In this document: piece after piece, positions 47,107 to 60,163 of the stretch
Position numbering within the stretch: the first letter of the stretch is position 1
How the letters are laid out: every line of letters begins with the position of its first letter
DNA from: Psammoneis japonica
Taxonomy: Eukaryota
Length of the DNA stretch: 64,000 bases
NCBI GenBank assembly: GCA_008632985.1
Contig: QPGO01000020.1
Location: 558,001-622,000 of the forward strand
Direction of reading: 5' to 3'
Translations under genes and position numbers: made by a program
The notes under the pieces: model-generated
What the model saw: only the letters and a program-made list of their open reading frames with translations
Told to the model about the DNA's origin: nothing
Databases searched by the model: none

Positions 47107-48243
47107 TTGCCCTGTTGTGACAAATTTCACAAGAAGCGGAAATTCGATTGGTCTCAGTGTCTTGGGCAAGATTTGCTGGCAAAGAATCTCCACAAGAAGG
47201 TTTTCCTGCTCCAGCCCAACACTCACATCATTGGCGGACGGGAAGTGCGGGAAGTGACTTGCTTCTGCATGCAGGACATGTTGAGAGATTTGCTTGCCCG
47301 CTCAATGTTTGACGACGAGCACAATCTCAACGCGAACAAGTCCTTGCAGGCAAGTTTCAACAAAAGTTTGTTCCTGTTGACAAGCACAATCTTGGTGAGA
47401 TCATGGCCAACAAGCGGTGCTCCAACACATGCAATGCCCTCCTCAAGGACTTAGATTGTGAGAAAGACCTGCTCTTGCCAACCGGCTTGCACGCTGATCA
47501 GACAGGGACCAATGCTCATCAAAGGTGTCACCTCAAACCCTGGTTGTTTTGCACTTTTCTTGCCAAGAGGCATGCGCGGGAGCGTGGCTGTGCTTGGCAT
47601 CACCCGGGGTTCATGCCAAGCATTGACAAGGGTGGGGCAAGTGGCACACTTGATGAGAACGGCAATGTGAATGAAGACAATTCACAATGACAAGCGGGCA
47701 AGTCTTCTTCATCAAACACACAGGCTTGCCATGACATGTTGTCTTTTCTCTTGGAAGATTTGAAGGCCTTGCAGGCTGAGCCTCCCCTCATTGTGGTAAA
47801 TTTGGGTGGTGTGTGCCAGCTCATGCACATCCTCCTTGTGCAAGGGCCAACATTTGGGGACCAGAAGTCACAAGACTTCATCTACAGTCAGAAAGCAACC
47901 AATGGGGGTGGTGCCAGTTGAGAGTGCATGGCTTCTGCATGTCGTGTTCTGTGCCAATGATGTTGCAAACACTTCCCGCCCAACCAATGAGCTGGGCCTT
48001 TTCTGCTCTCTAATCAATGTGAAGATTGTGTCCCATCTTGACAAGCTGGCACTTGATGCACCGTCTCTTTCAAGGAGCACTTCTTGCGATCACAGCATCA
48101 GAATTGCTGCAATGACAAATGTCCAAGATTGCCAATCTTTGTGTCAATTCATGCCATCAAAACACAACAATCAGCAACAACAAGCACATGACATGTCAAC
48201 ATGCATCAAATGCAAGATGACACTTGTCAAAGGGTTGTTGTGA
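47107..48243 (+). pseudogene. Plavaka-type transposase remnant
   Basis: LLLPTGLHADQTG..HLKPWLF..RERGCAWHHPGFMPS and ACHDMLSFLLEDL..NLGGV..TFGDQKSQD match the Plavaka motif order as I recall it, once Y->H/C changes are allowed. Confidence 0.7.
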
Positions 48244-48409
48244 ATGTGATGGGTCACTGTCGCATCCCATGTTTGTGGCTAATTTGTGGATCTCAAGATT
48301 CAAATTTGGTGCAAGTGAGTGCATTGCACACATGCAAAGCAAGGTGTTGTGGGCACTGCAATGGCTTTGTTGTCATTGCAGACACTGCAGCCAACCAAAC
48401 AAACCACAC

Positions 48410-49270
48410 TGAGGATTGAGGGCATTGAGGGTCTCACTTGGAACCAAAGGAACACTTTGAGAACAGTGGTTTGGCATTGCAAAGCTCATCTGGTGCGTTT
48501 GAAGCCACCAGTCACTTGATGCATGCCAGAGTGAGAGCTGAAACTCCTGGCTCCAGAGTCAAAAGACATGCTGATGCAACCAAACTGCCAGACAACTGCA
48601 GGCTGAGGGGATTGAAGAAGGTCGCCGGCAGACCCCAGGGAACACTTTAAGAATGGTGGTGGAGTGTCACTCACAATCCATGCCAGAGTGAGAGACAAAA
48701 CTCCCAACAACTCCAGAGTTGAAGGACACACTGATGCAACCAAACAACAGAACAGCTGCACGCTGAGGGCATTGAAGGTCTTCATGGGACCCCAGCAGGT
48801 GACACTTTGAAAATGGCAGTGGAGTGTTGCAAGGCTCATCTGGTGTGGTTGCTGCCACCACCAGTCACTTGCAATCCATGCCACAAGAGCGAGGAGAGCT
48901 GCAAAACTCCCAAGACTCCAGAGTGAAAGGACACACTGATGCAGCAAACCAACCCAACAACTGAGATCTAAGGACATTGAAGGTCTCCAGTGGAGCCAAG
49001 GAAACACTTTAAAAATGTTGCTGGAGTGTCAAAGAGCTCATCTGGTGCAGTTGCGGCCACCAGTCATTCAATCCATTCCAGAGTGAGGCCTGAAACTGCT
49101 GAACCCAAAGTGAAAGAGGACCCTGGTGCAACCATCCAGCCCAACAACTGCAGGATGAGGGCATTGACAGTCTCCAGCAGAACTCATGGAACAGTTTGAG
49201 AAATGTGGTGGATTGTTGCAAGGCTTGACAACAACCAACCCAACAACTGCGTGCTGAGGGCATCAAAGAT
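48410..49270. repeat. Diverged tandem array, ~160-200-bp unit, ~5 copies
   Basis: Recurring GAGGGCATTGA..GAACACTTT..GCTCATCTGGTG..GCCACCAGTCA..CAGAGTGAG..CTGATGCAACC. Confidence 0.8.
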
Positions 49271-50724
49271 GAGTGCAGTGCCCTGCAGAAAGCAGCAGAT
49301 TTGAATGTTGTTCCTCTTCAAAGTTCGAAGCACACTTGTGGATGATGATTTGCAGCAGAGCAAACGTTCTCTTTTGCAAACCAGCCAGCAGAGCATTTTT
49401 TTAACACACGTGATGACACCCCAGCATGCCATGTGAACCAATCATTTTTGCCTTGCATGAACCTGTTGCCATTGTGCTGTGTGCATGCATGCAGCCCACA
49501 TTCATTCTCTGTGCTGCAACATGGCAATGAGACTGGTTTTGGTGCATTTTGCAGAATTGGCCATTTGTTGAAACCGCCAGCACCGGGGACAAAATGTTGC
49601 CCTCATCATGGCCAGATGACCTGACTTTCCTGCAGCTTCCTTTTGCTGTGATTTGTTGAGTGTTTAAAAAAACAGAAGCTTTCCGATGTCAATGCCCACA
49701 AAAACATTCACAATGCCCACAATTGGCCAACCACCACCCAAGCTCAATGCATTCTTCCTCCAATTGGGCAGAAACTCAATGTTGGCTTTCGTGCAATCAT
49801 GGGATTTGGCTTGCATGGTGAGACTTTTTCCCAAGAGATGGATCTTGGATTTTGGAACAGAGATCAAGATGATGCAGCGCCTGCCCATGCACATTGCTTG
49901 GCCTTGTTTGAGCCATTCTTCTTCACATTTGTTCATTGAAGACATGGGTGTCACTTTGAGGGGGTTGACTGGCCAGGTGAGGCCCTTCTTGGTTTGGCAA
50001 GAAATGGCACTGTGGTTTTGTGGCAACCAAGGGTCTTTTTGCTGGTGCCCTCCATTTCTGAGTGGAAAAACCCACGCTCTGATGTTCATTTGTCCCTGTT
50101 GCCTCTTCTGATGATGCCCAATGCTGTCATTGACTGACCACAGTTACAAAAAGTTTCCCCTGTCTTGGCCATGCTGTCCTTTGTCGGAAGCAATGTGTTC
50201 GCCGATGTTTCAGCATGTCATTGCTGTTCAGCACTGACAATCCCGCCAATCCAGTCAAGGTCTTCTGTGCAGCAGCATCCAAAGCAAAGGACAAGAGAGC
50301 AGCCAGCCGCCTCCTCAGAGATGCAAACATTGCATCCAGCATTTCTTCTTGTTGCGCCTCTCCACAGTGTGGACCACTCCCTCATGTTGTTTTCAGTGTG
50401 TTCTCTCGGTGAGTCAAAAGGCAAAAGTGTTTGTTGCGCTTTCTCTTCGACTCATTTCATTGCTTCCAAATGGCTCACACATTCCTTTAGACTGTGTGCG
50501 AATCATCCAGGGTGTTGAGAAGAAAGTGGTCAGCACGAGTGTGAGTGAGTTGACTGCCGCAAATCAAGTTGGCTGCTTTTGCTTTCTTTGTGTGTGCTTC
50601 AGTTGCAGCACGTCATTCCCTTTGCTTTCTTTGCCAATTGGCTGTGGCATTTGCTGTGAATGACATGTCAATTGTCTTTGCAGTTAAAACCATGTTGCGC
50701 TGGGTTTGGGAGCTCTCAGACAGT

Positions 50725-51580
50725 GGGAGCGACCTGCCACCTCTGACAACAAAGACCAAGTGCACACAGTGCACCCAAAAAAGTGGTGTTCCAGCCTCTC
50801 ATGCTGTGCCTCCAAGGCCGCAAATTGCAGTGGATTGGATGTGTGTTGCATCATAACAACCCAAAGCAATGATGCACACCCCATTTTGACATTCTGTGTC
50901 GTTTCCAGCCCCGCGAGCGACCTGCCACCCCCTTGCCTTGACGACCAAGTGCACCCAAAAAAGCCAAGTTCTGGCCTCTCCTTGTGCCACCAAGGATGCA
51001 AATTGCAATGGGTCAAACATGCATCATGTCATGACAATCCAAAGCAATGTTGGATGCACTGTCAAAATGTTCTGTGCCGTTTCTGGCCCCACAAGCGCCC
51101 GGCAACTGCCGACCGAGAACCAAAGAGCAAAAAAAAGTTGTGTTCTGGCCTCTCACTGCACCACCAAACTGCATGTTGCAATGGCCAAAGCATGTGTCTC
51201 GTCACAACCACCCAAAAAAGCACTGGATGCCTTGTTTTGCAGTTTTCTGCATCGTTTCCAGCCCCACAAGCAACCGGCAACCCCAACGACCAGAGAAAAC
51301 AAAAAACCACCATGTCGATCTAAATGCCAAAGAAACACAAAACCTTTAGAAGATGCCAACAAAACAACTGCACCACTCGAATTGCCTTGTGCCAATGTCA
51401 TGGACGCCAAAATGCCGTCCCGCTGATGGCCGGTTGATGACTGGAGTCAAGTTTCGGAGAAAACAACAACCACCCTGCCCACACAAATGCAAAAGAAACT
51501 CAAAAGCTTTTGAAGATACCAACAAAAACAAAACACCATCATACTCGCCACATTTGAATTGCCTCATGCCAATGATCTTA
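50725..51580. repeat. Diverged tandem repeats (two unit types)
   Basis: GCGACCTGCCACC..GACCAAGTGCAC..CAAATTGCA occurs 2-3 times. AAATGC.AAAGAAAC.CAAAA..GAATTGCCT..TGCCAATG occurs twice. Confidence 0.7.
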
Positions 51581-51680
51581 CCGCTGTGACAGTGTCCCAG
51601 TTACTGCGCACCGGTGCGGCATTCATGAACGCGTAATTTTTTAGGTTATGGGCCAAACGCGTAAAAAAAAGCGTCGTTAT

Positions 51681-52150
51681 TCAACGCCTCCCCTTAAATA
51701 AATATATGTCCAACGCTTTTACTGTGATTCATAGTATAGCTAAACAAATCAAAATAGCTTTCAGACGTCAATGCCCACAAAAACATGCACAATGCCAACA
51801 ATTCCGAATCACTGCCCAAGCTCAACGCATTTTTCCTTTAATTGGGCAGGAACTCAACGCCTCCGCATAAATAAATATATGTCCAACGCTTTTACTCCCA
51901 TTTATTGAATGACTAAAAAAATAGCTTTCCGACGTCAATGCCCACAAAAACATGCACAATGCCCACAATTCCGAATCACTGCCCAAGCTCAACGCATTTT
52001 TCCTTTAATTGGGCAGGAACTCAACGCCTCCGCATAAATAAATATATGTCCAACGCTTTTACTCCCATTTATTGAATGACTAAAAAAATAGCTTTCCGAC
52101 GTCAAAACATGCACAATGCCCACAATTCGCGAATCGCTGCCCAAGCTCAA
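51681..52150. repeat. Near-perfect 167-bp tandem repeat (~2.8 copies), TpA retained
   Basis: TCAACGCCTCC..TAAATAAATATATGTCCAACGCTTTTACT starts at ~51682, 51854 and 52021. Confidence 0.92.
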
Positions 52151-52239
52151 CCAATATGTGCTCGCGTCGGGGTTGCAATTTGAAATTTATCGATCCACCA
52201 GCTTTTCGAGTACTGTACACGCAACAAATTCACAATGCT

Positions 52240-53010
52240 TCTTAATTGTGCTTCAACGAGATGCCAGTGACGGACGTGTCCGTGCTGTAGAAGACGTAAT
52301 TGCTCCACTGGTTGACTGTTGTCTACTCAATCAATGACACCGACAAGAAAAGCACAGTGGTGGCGCTCAAGGGTGCCGTCAAGACGCTGAATGATTATTG
52401 ACAAGTCACTCTCAAGATGCCGGTTTTCTTCGTCCCGAATCACTCAACAACAACAACAAGTCCTCGTCTCGATCCGACCTTGACGAGAATGAGGAGGTGC
52501 AGGGTGCAGGAGTATTTTCGTGAACTTGATCAAGGAGGCTTTCGTGACCATGAAATGTCAGTCTTGCTGCGCATCAGATGAGTGTGCTTGTTCTTTTTGT
52601 ATTGGTGTAAATGGTTGAGTATTCGAGCGACTTACTTGCATGTGTTGAAACATGTTACATTTGCTGTCGGTAGGAACTTGTCAACTTGTCGCATGATCGC
52701 AGAACCACACGAGGGTGTCTTGGACGAGAATGGCGAAACGTGGGAGGTGGACGATTTGTTTGTCTTTGAGACAAGTACCTTTCCAACCGCCTCGGGAGCA
52801 AATCTCATAATGACGGTGCTGTCCATGTCTCTTATGCTGAGTACGAGATTGGCGTTGCGCCTCTTGCACAAGATGAAAAGCACCGAACCCGACGTTGTGG
52901 ATCCCAAAGTCCAGCAAGCCATGGGCGTGTTGAGGCTAAGGCGACTCCGTGTGCCACAAACGAGTCGATCTCTTGGACAAGCATTGCATTGTTTGGTTCT
53001 TCTTGTCTAA
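52240..53010 (+). pseudogene. GMC oxidoreductase (long-chain alcohol oxidase-like) C-terminal fragment
   Basis: STCRM..GVLDENGETWEVDDLFVFETSTFPTASGANLIMT. The 5' part is missing. Confidence 0.8.
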
Positions 53011-53557
53011 TCATTGGCACATTCGTCTGCTTCGTCTGGAAGCCCGGGTTTCTTCCAATGATGGACGCTCTAGAGATGACGAGCTTTAGTTTTGAGCATT
53101 TGTCGATGATGAGTCTACATCAGTTCAGCAGGGCGCAGTGGACGACGCAATGTGCTGTGATCATCCAGCCATCAATTGTGCACTACGTTGACCCGTCTGG
53201 ACTCTGCATGGGCTAGCCGGCAACGACTACTATGACGTATTGTAGAGCTCTCTAAGTTCTCGTCGCAGTTTTGATAGTGGTTCGTTTCGAAGACAGGGTC
53301 TATTGTGAGCTTCCGTTCTTTGCTACACATTGTGTTAGAAGTAGCTGGGATGGCTATATATGAGCTCTACTACTTAGCACTACTCATAAGAAGGCATTGA
53401 CACGCTACCCCGATTTCTTGGAGAGCGTCTTCTCTTCGTCACGAGCTACGTACTGTAGCGTAGGGGAGATTCTTGCAAGTGAGAGTGCCGCCAAACAAGC
53501 GCAGCCGTAGCTTAACAATACCATTAGTATATTATGCACTACCTCATACAGTAGTCT

Positions 53558-54919
53558 CTACATGTTGGCAATGTGTTCCAAACTGACACCACCCTTGTTT
53601 CGTGCAGGAGATTGCTGATCTCCACCAGTAGAACCATCATTGCCGTCCTCATCCTTTCCACCGATTGCCTTAAAAATGGCAGACTGCGCCGCATGATCCA
53701 AACTCTTAGTAGCTCGCAACCGCCCGGGTCGTTTTGGTAATGGAATGCTCAAAATTGGACGACACTTGTTCCAATTTCTTGGCACCCTCCACATCGAGTG
53801 GAGCCATGGATGCCAAATCATCTCCACTACCCAATCCACTCTTGATAATCATGATCCTTGTCAAAAAGTAGTACTTGGCATAGTCACTAGATTTCACCTT
53901 GACATTGTATTTCAAAGATTGCAAGAACGCAATTTCCCATTGATGGATTCGTGCCGGTGTAAAAATCTTATTAATAATGCCCGCCGGACACGTTTGCGAA
54001 AAGTCGTCATTCCACATGCTCGAATCATTCCACAGTTTGGAGGAGAGTATCATGCAAGAAAACAATATGGATCTCGACTAATTGGATACCCTCGGTCGTA
54101 GTGCCCCACACGTGTCCTTAATGAGTCGTTCGACGTAAAGCAAGGAGCGATATGATGACGCAAGCCGTTTCCATTTGGGATCGACGAAAGACGTCACGGT
54201 AATAGCCAGTAATTTCGTCCAGGGTGGGAATCGATTGTTCGACATGTGAAAGACTGAGTCGTTTCATAGCAAGTGACGACGCTGTTTTTGTTTGTTCTTG
54301 CCGTTCCTTGACAAAGCCATTAAACACCGAGTACGATTGCGACTCGTCGTTGTCCTCATCAAGTGGACCCATAAAGTTGTCAGCCAAATGTCGCACGATA
54401 CACACCACAAGTGCACTGTAAAATAATACAGATGGAATGATAGTGTAAGAATGGAAATGTCATGAAAAATATGAATCGTCTTGTGAATCATACCAGCATA
54501 CGACGGTTTAGTACGCATACTATCAGTATTGCATACCTTTATGGTCCATAAAGGTATGCAATTTATGGTGGCATCCTTTTATCGGGAGCTTGTTCCGACA
54601 ACAAGGTTCCACACGTGTTGCGCTTCATCATGAGGGGTCTCGGCAGTGCTGTTTTCGGGGGAGAAGTATCGTTATGAGTACTAACGCTTGTCCTTTCGTC
54701 TAGAGAGTGTAGCAATCCCGTCGGCATGGACTGAGCCAAGGTGGGATCAACTTTTGAATTTTCACTATCGGCTTGCTTCATTTCTTCTTCCGCCTTTTAA
54801 ACGGAATCAAGAGCTTGCATTTCTTCAAAGGTAAGTGATTCTTGATGAGTAAATTCTTCTCCCAACAAATCGCCACTACTATCGTCGTCGTCATCTGCTA
54901 ACAAATCAAAATTTCTCAT
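53558..54919 (-). pseudogene. Cyclin-Y-like cyclin, frameshifted
   Basis: PTLDEITGYYRDVFRRSQME, MILSSKLWNDSSMWNDDFSQ and LKYNVKVKSSDYAKYYF in broken frames. Confidence 0.85.
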
Positions 54920-55430
54920 GGATACTTCAGGTTTCTTTCGCAGTAGCAGCGGTATCTGACGAGAGAAAGGAGACGACTCTCCAGCTACATCGTTGAACAC
55001 ATGTTGTAGTAGGTGACACAACAACAAACGCTGATGCCGTTCGCTGGCTGAAGCACTGCGCATAAAATAACACGAGCAGCAAATAGAAGCTATGCAGCAA
55101 ACGCATATTGAAGTATCAGTCCACAGGGTTGGCCTTTTGCGATATCACGGTCCCTTTAGCCTTCTTCAGCGGTCGCCGGTCGCCCACCATGATGGTATGG
55201 CTGCCCGCGTTTTTGCGCAACAACTTCGTGCGCGCGTCTTCCGTCCGTCTTGGTCGGGTCGGAGGGAGAACTTCGATTTCAAAAAATTTTGCAAAACAGC
55301 GGTGAGTTCTGAACGAACAAATAACAGCTCCGACGACAACGACACCTATCCATACCAGTGCTAGAGTATTTGTACCCTGTGATAGTTTGTGTATCATAGG
55401 ATTCTTCATAAGATGAACTGTCAGGTGACG

Positions 55431-56716
55431 GAGTCTTCGTCAAATTTCGGTGGCAGAAATTCAAGAAAATCCCCGCAACGGGTTGCTCTCTTACGTTCCA
55501 ACGAGCCCACGAGTACACCAGAGTCTTGCGGAGTACCATGCAGGATATTTCATATTTGTCAAGACCGCGTCTTATTGTTAGCTGGATTGCTGGATTATTG
55601 CGGCTTTCTTCGTGAAACACCCAAATTCCTAAAGATTGCAAAGCCCAAAAAAGCAACGAGACAACATCTCGTCGAGAGATTTCATCACGAGCATTATCTG
55701 AATGTCCTGGAACCACCCAAACTAGAAAACGTATCCAGTTTCTTTTCACCCGAGTTGTTGATCTCGCTGGGTCTTACTGAGGATTGCGTTTTACCCTCGA
55801 GCGTACAGGCACGCAAGACTCTGTGGGAGCATTGTCGACACGTAGTTGGTGCATCCCTGCAGGCGGTCAACTTGCTGGCAACCAATCAGGCTAATGTCGC
55901 AATCAGTGTTGGGGTGGGGATCGTCACCACGCCCATGCGGATCAGGCGGGTGGTTTTTGCTTTGTAATGACCATTCGACAATTGCAAAAGACATTTCAGA
56001 GAGTCCTTTACATGGATATTGATATTCAACACTACGACGGAGTCCAACGTGCCTTTTATGATACGGATCGAGTATTGACTGTATCGTTTCATCGACATGC
56101 GCCAGGTTTCTTTCCGTCAACATCGGGGTTCTGTGAAAGAAAAGGGTAAACACGGCACACCGGGAGTGGGGACACAATCTCACCATTCCACTGGCGAAAT
56201 CGACAAGAGACTTGGAGTTCTGTCATTTGTTTCGATACAAATTGGACAGAGTCTATGCAGTTCGTACTGTCCTGATGCACTGGTTCTCACTGTGGGTGCT
56301 GATGGACTGAAAGCTGATCCGCTTGTTGGAGAAACAGATGGTTGGAGCCTCACCTCCGAAGGACTTGCCGAATGTGTCCGCGTTGCCTGCGAGTTTTGCC
56401 TCACCCCCGAAGGACTTGCCGCGAAGCAGCACGACCGGGAATGATGTGGAAGGAGCTACCAGACGACATTCCCCGACACAACTACTTTCCCCGATATGGT
56501 CCAGAGCTCATTTTGATCAATCGAGAATCATCCTTGTAAACTCTGAGGGTACTGCAACAGACGAGGAATTCATTTCGGAAGCCAAAAAGCAGGTGGATTT
56601 CTCAACCACGTATCTACGAGCACCACGCAAGAAGTTGGTTTCTGCACCAACTTTTAGTTTCATGGACGAGTGTGGCCCAGTCGTCGGAATGTCAGGCAAA
56701 TCTACGGGGAATTAAG
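55431..56716 (+). pseudogene. Class I histone deacetylase (HDAC8-like), frameshifted, catalytic motif degraded
   Basis: RFHHEHYL, GLTEDC, RHHAHADQAGGFCFV, RVLYMDIDIQHYDGVQRAFY, LTVSFH and GADGLKADP. Confidence 0.88.
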
Positions 56717-57187
56717 AGCGCTCGAAGAAAGAAGCCGCTTATGTCGTCTGCTGGCAGCGAAGAATGAGCCCCGGGTTTGGTCATTTACTAATCTCTGCTG
56801 CTTGGGCGCTCCCCCCCCCCAGCAACAGCTAGTGAAGAGTAAAGAGTACTGTAGTTAGAGCCTATGTCTTTGAGGAGCTCACACCAATTTGTCGATACGA
56901 TATGACAGTACTCTCTACTAGAGTCGAGTCAGCATTAGGTATGTCCTGTACCAACTTCTTGTGGAACGACAACAAAGTTTCTTCTGAGACGGTTCGAGTT
57001 CATCCCGTGGCGGTGACGGACACGAGCGAATGATCTTGTTAGAACTACCGGTAGTCTACGTACCATATCATCTCTATCTCATAGTGGATGAGGATCTTAG
57101 CGGTACAATAAATATTAAGCATTGGCAACCTAGAGGAATTATTAGGTCTGTTCGATTTCAATTCCTTTCGTTTCCTCATCCGCCGCA

Positions 57188-58327
57188 TCAGTATCTTCGC
57201 CAACGCGTTTTCCGATTCTTTGACCCCTTTTGTTCTAGCTGTTGGTCATACTCCTCTTGAGCTGCAAGGGCGGCATTTCTCACCAGTTCGCAACGGTTGA
57301 CTACATCCAGAGCCGCCGCCGAGGCTTGAGAATCACCAGCCACAACGTTAGTAGTCGATGCATGCTCGATTGCAAGAAGAACCCTGGATCCAAACCAGCC
57401 GCGGCACAAGCTTGGTGTGCAATCAAACAATCGTTTAAAGATAGTGCTCCATTTTCTCGCCCATTGGAAGATGCAACTCGACGCGCCGCAGTCACCAGTC
57501 GCTGTGCATATGCTTTCGCCAGTGTGGATACAACAACAGTAATAATCTCTTCAGATTCTCCAGGCGTAACCATATCTTCAAGGGAGCGCTTTGGTCGACC
57601 ACCGTTTCTTCGTCCATTCTCACCATTAGACACTGAACTAGGGCTAGTGTCGCTACTGTTGTGACCATTAGACTACTGCCAGTCCCATCGCGGATGTACG
57701 GACATCGCCGTACGTAGCAAAGCGTTGTTGGAATTCTGGGCTTCACCTCCAATTCCCAGGTAGAGGAGCCCAGGAACTCTGTCGAGTCTTTTCTCCACCA
57801 GCACAAGTTCTTTCATGTGATACAGCAACGCAGTGCACAACACAAGATGACACAGCATCGCCGCGAAAGGTGTACCGTTTGAAAGCTTCAAAACGAACCC
57901 GTTCCATGCGATTGAACGTACTCAGCACTAGAGCCATTGCTTGCCCTTCGGTTGTTGCCTAGCTGAATACCGATACCAGGTGTAGAGAGGAGATGCAGCA
58001 TCAGTACAACCAAAGAGTAAAGTTTTAGGCATGGCATGATTCCCTCTCGATACTAACGATACCTGCGGTGAGACGTTTTCTTCGTTGCTGTTCTTGTTTG
58101 TCTTTGCCGATTTCGACTTCTTCTGCTTCTTTTTTGGTTTTTGTGGGATTGGTGGCTTAGCTCCCTTTTCCCCCGGTTCTATAGATTGAAGCGACAGATA
58201 TTAAGGACGTAAGAGAAAGTGAAGCGACGTGTAATCACATTCAACAACGTTGGGAGTGGGAAAATACTTGCTCACCAGCTGTCGTGGCCGCCTCTGACCT
58301 TGTCCTTTTGATTGAGCGATTGTCCAT
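57188..58327 (-). pseudogene. TAF11-like histone-fold protein, apparently disrupted
   Basis: LSTFNRMERVRFEAFKRYTF and IITVVVSTLAKAYAQRLVTAARRV lie in different frames. Confidence 0.65.
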
Positions 58328-59385
58328 CTCGAGGCTTCAAACAAAATACCCGTCTAATGCATTCCTTTCAACTCACACTTTACAGTTGTTGTAGAGTACC
58401 GTATCTCTAGCCAGAAACAGCACCAACAAGCAACATAGCAAGAGCAGCAACGATACCTCGGCTCTGCTACCGGTACAGCAACAGCGAGCTTGGAGTCGGC
58501 GTGAGCTCTCTCTACCGGTACGACTAGGGCCCTAGAGAGTAGGCGAGGTCCGGTTCGGTCCTCGAGCTATACTCTCCATCGTTTTGCTTTGAATTTTTTT
58601 GGACACCTGTGGACAAACGGGACACTGTGTAGACCAGGGTGTAATTGAGTACTTAGCCATCCGTGGACAAGTGTAACAAGGTGTAACAAGCTGTAACAAG
58701 TGTTTCCTGAACGATGGGGAGTGATATTCTTGCGCGAAAACGCGCGAGCAGTAGGTTCTGAGCCGCATGCGAACCCAAGCCGCTTTCCGCTTTCGCACCG
58801 CGAACGCGAGGTGCGAGGCGGAGGCGGATTGTGTTGTTGTTGTTCATGTTGTTGTTGATGTTGTTGGCCCCATCATCAGTTTCTTCGTGTTGCAGTATAG
58901 ACTAGAGTACATATGTGGTCATGATCTGAACCTGGTATAAATCATAGAAGAGCTTCAGCCAATCCTCTTGTCCACAGCGTTGTTTCTAACAACGTCCCTT
59001 CGTTTGTTCTGTTAGAAAGGTTAGGTACCGATCGTGACAAGCACTGGACCAAGTATTCAGTATGCGACGCCGAATTGGAAAAAGAAGAGAGAAACCTTGT
59101 CGTCGTTAAAGCGACTTAGCAAAGAAAACGTGTCTGCCCTCCGATCCAGGTACAGTACCCTTCGAAGGTTGTGAGTGTGTCCTGCTCAAATTCAGGAGCG
59201 CTGATGATTGTTAAGGTAGTATGTAGCTATGTCATGAAACCGCAAAGACTTTGTGAGAACTAAAGTGGCTGTTCACTTCTTCGATTCGTCCAGGGTAAAG
59301 GCTCCATGCTTGGGGCTGGTGCTGACTATGCTGAATATTTAAAGAAGGGACACCGGCATTACAGACAGAATTTGTTGAGGGTGGC

Positions 59386-60163
59386 ATGAGTGTCGACGGA
59401 GTCATTCTTCCGCCAACAGGATATCTGCAGGCGAGTGTTGGAGCTGTGTGGGAGGCGGGAGGAGTATATATTGCTGATGAAGTGCTAACAGGGTTTGGGC
59501 GTCTAGGGGAATGTTATCGGGCATTTCAGCATTCCTTTGATGAGAGCATGAAGTCTTCTGTAGTGCCTGACATTGTAGCGGTAGGCAAGACTTTCGGAAA
59601 CGGTATGCCACTGGCGGCGGTTATCACAACACACGAAATATCCGATGCTTTTGAATCCATGGGTGTACCGTAGAGTACTTCAATACCTTTGGGTGGAATC
59701 TCGTTTGTTCAGCTGCAGGCCTAGCTATGCTTGATTCCATGGATTCGGAGAATCTCCTGCAGAATGTGGCCAAGGTAGGGAAGTACCTCACGAGACGGTT
59801 TCTCATTTTGAGGGCCACTACATTGGATATCATTGGCGACGTCAGAGGATCGGGACTGTTCTTTGACATTGAACTCGTTTGGAATAAAACGACGTTTGAG
59901 ACTTCCTTCCTTCGCACCGTCCTAAGGAGAAATACACAATTCTAACGATCATCGATGGACCATGCAATAATGTGCTGGTTGTAAAACCGCCATTGGTGTT
60001 TAGCATGAGTGACGCTGATTTCTTCATCGAAAGCTTCGAGAATGCCGTTCTTAACGACTTGGCACTCTTCGGGGACGTGCCGCGGGAGCAAGCACTCGGA
60101 GTAGAATCCAATAAACTGAGTGTCATTGTAGAAGAGCTCAAAAGCAGATACTATTCATTTTAA
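59386..60163 (+). pseudogene. Class III aminotransferase (ETNPPL/PHYKPL-like phospho-lyase), disrupted
   Basis: GGVYIADEVLTGFGRLG, PDIVAVGKTFGNGMPLAAVITT, EYFNTF, IGDVRGSGLF and NVLVVKPPLVF, with stops and frameshifts. Confidence 0.88.

Larger units (their letters stand above)
42960..51590. mobile_element. Decayed, hypermutated Plavaka-type DNA transposon region (ends not resolved)
   Basis: TpA/CpG-depleted block with a transposase remnant, a divergent accessory ORF and tandem arrays. Confidence 0.65.

Noticed and set aside
51644..51654. GGTTATGGGCC resembling the copia half-tRNAi PBS
   Set aside because: No LTR ending in CA precedes it and no gag follows.
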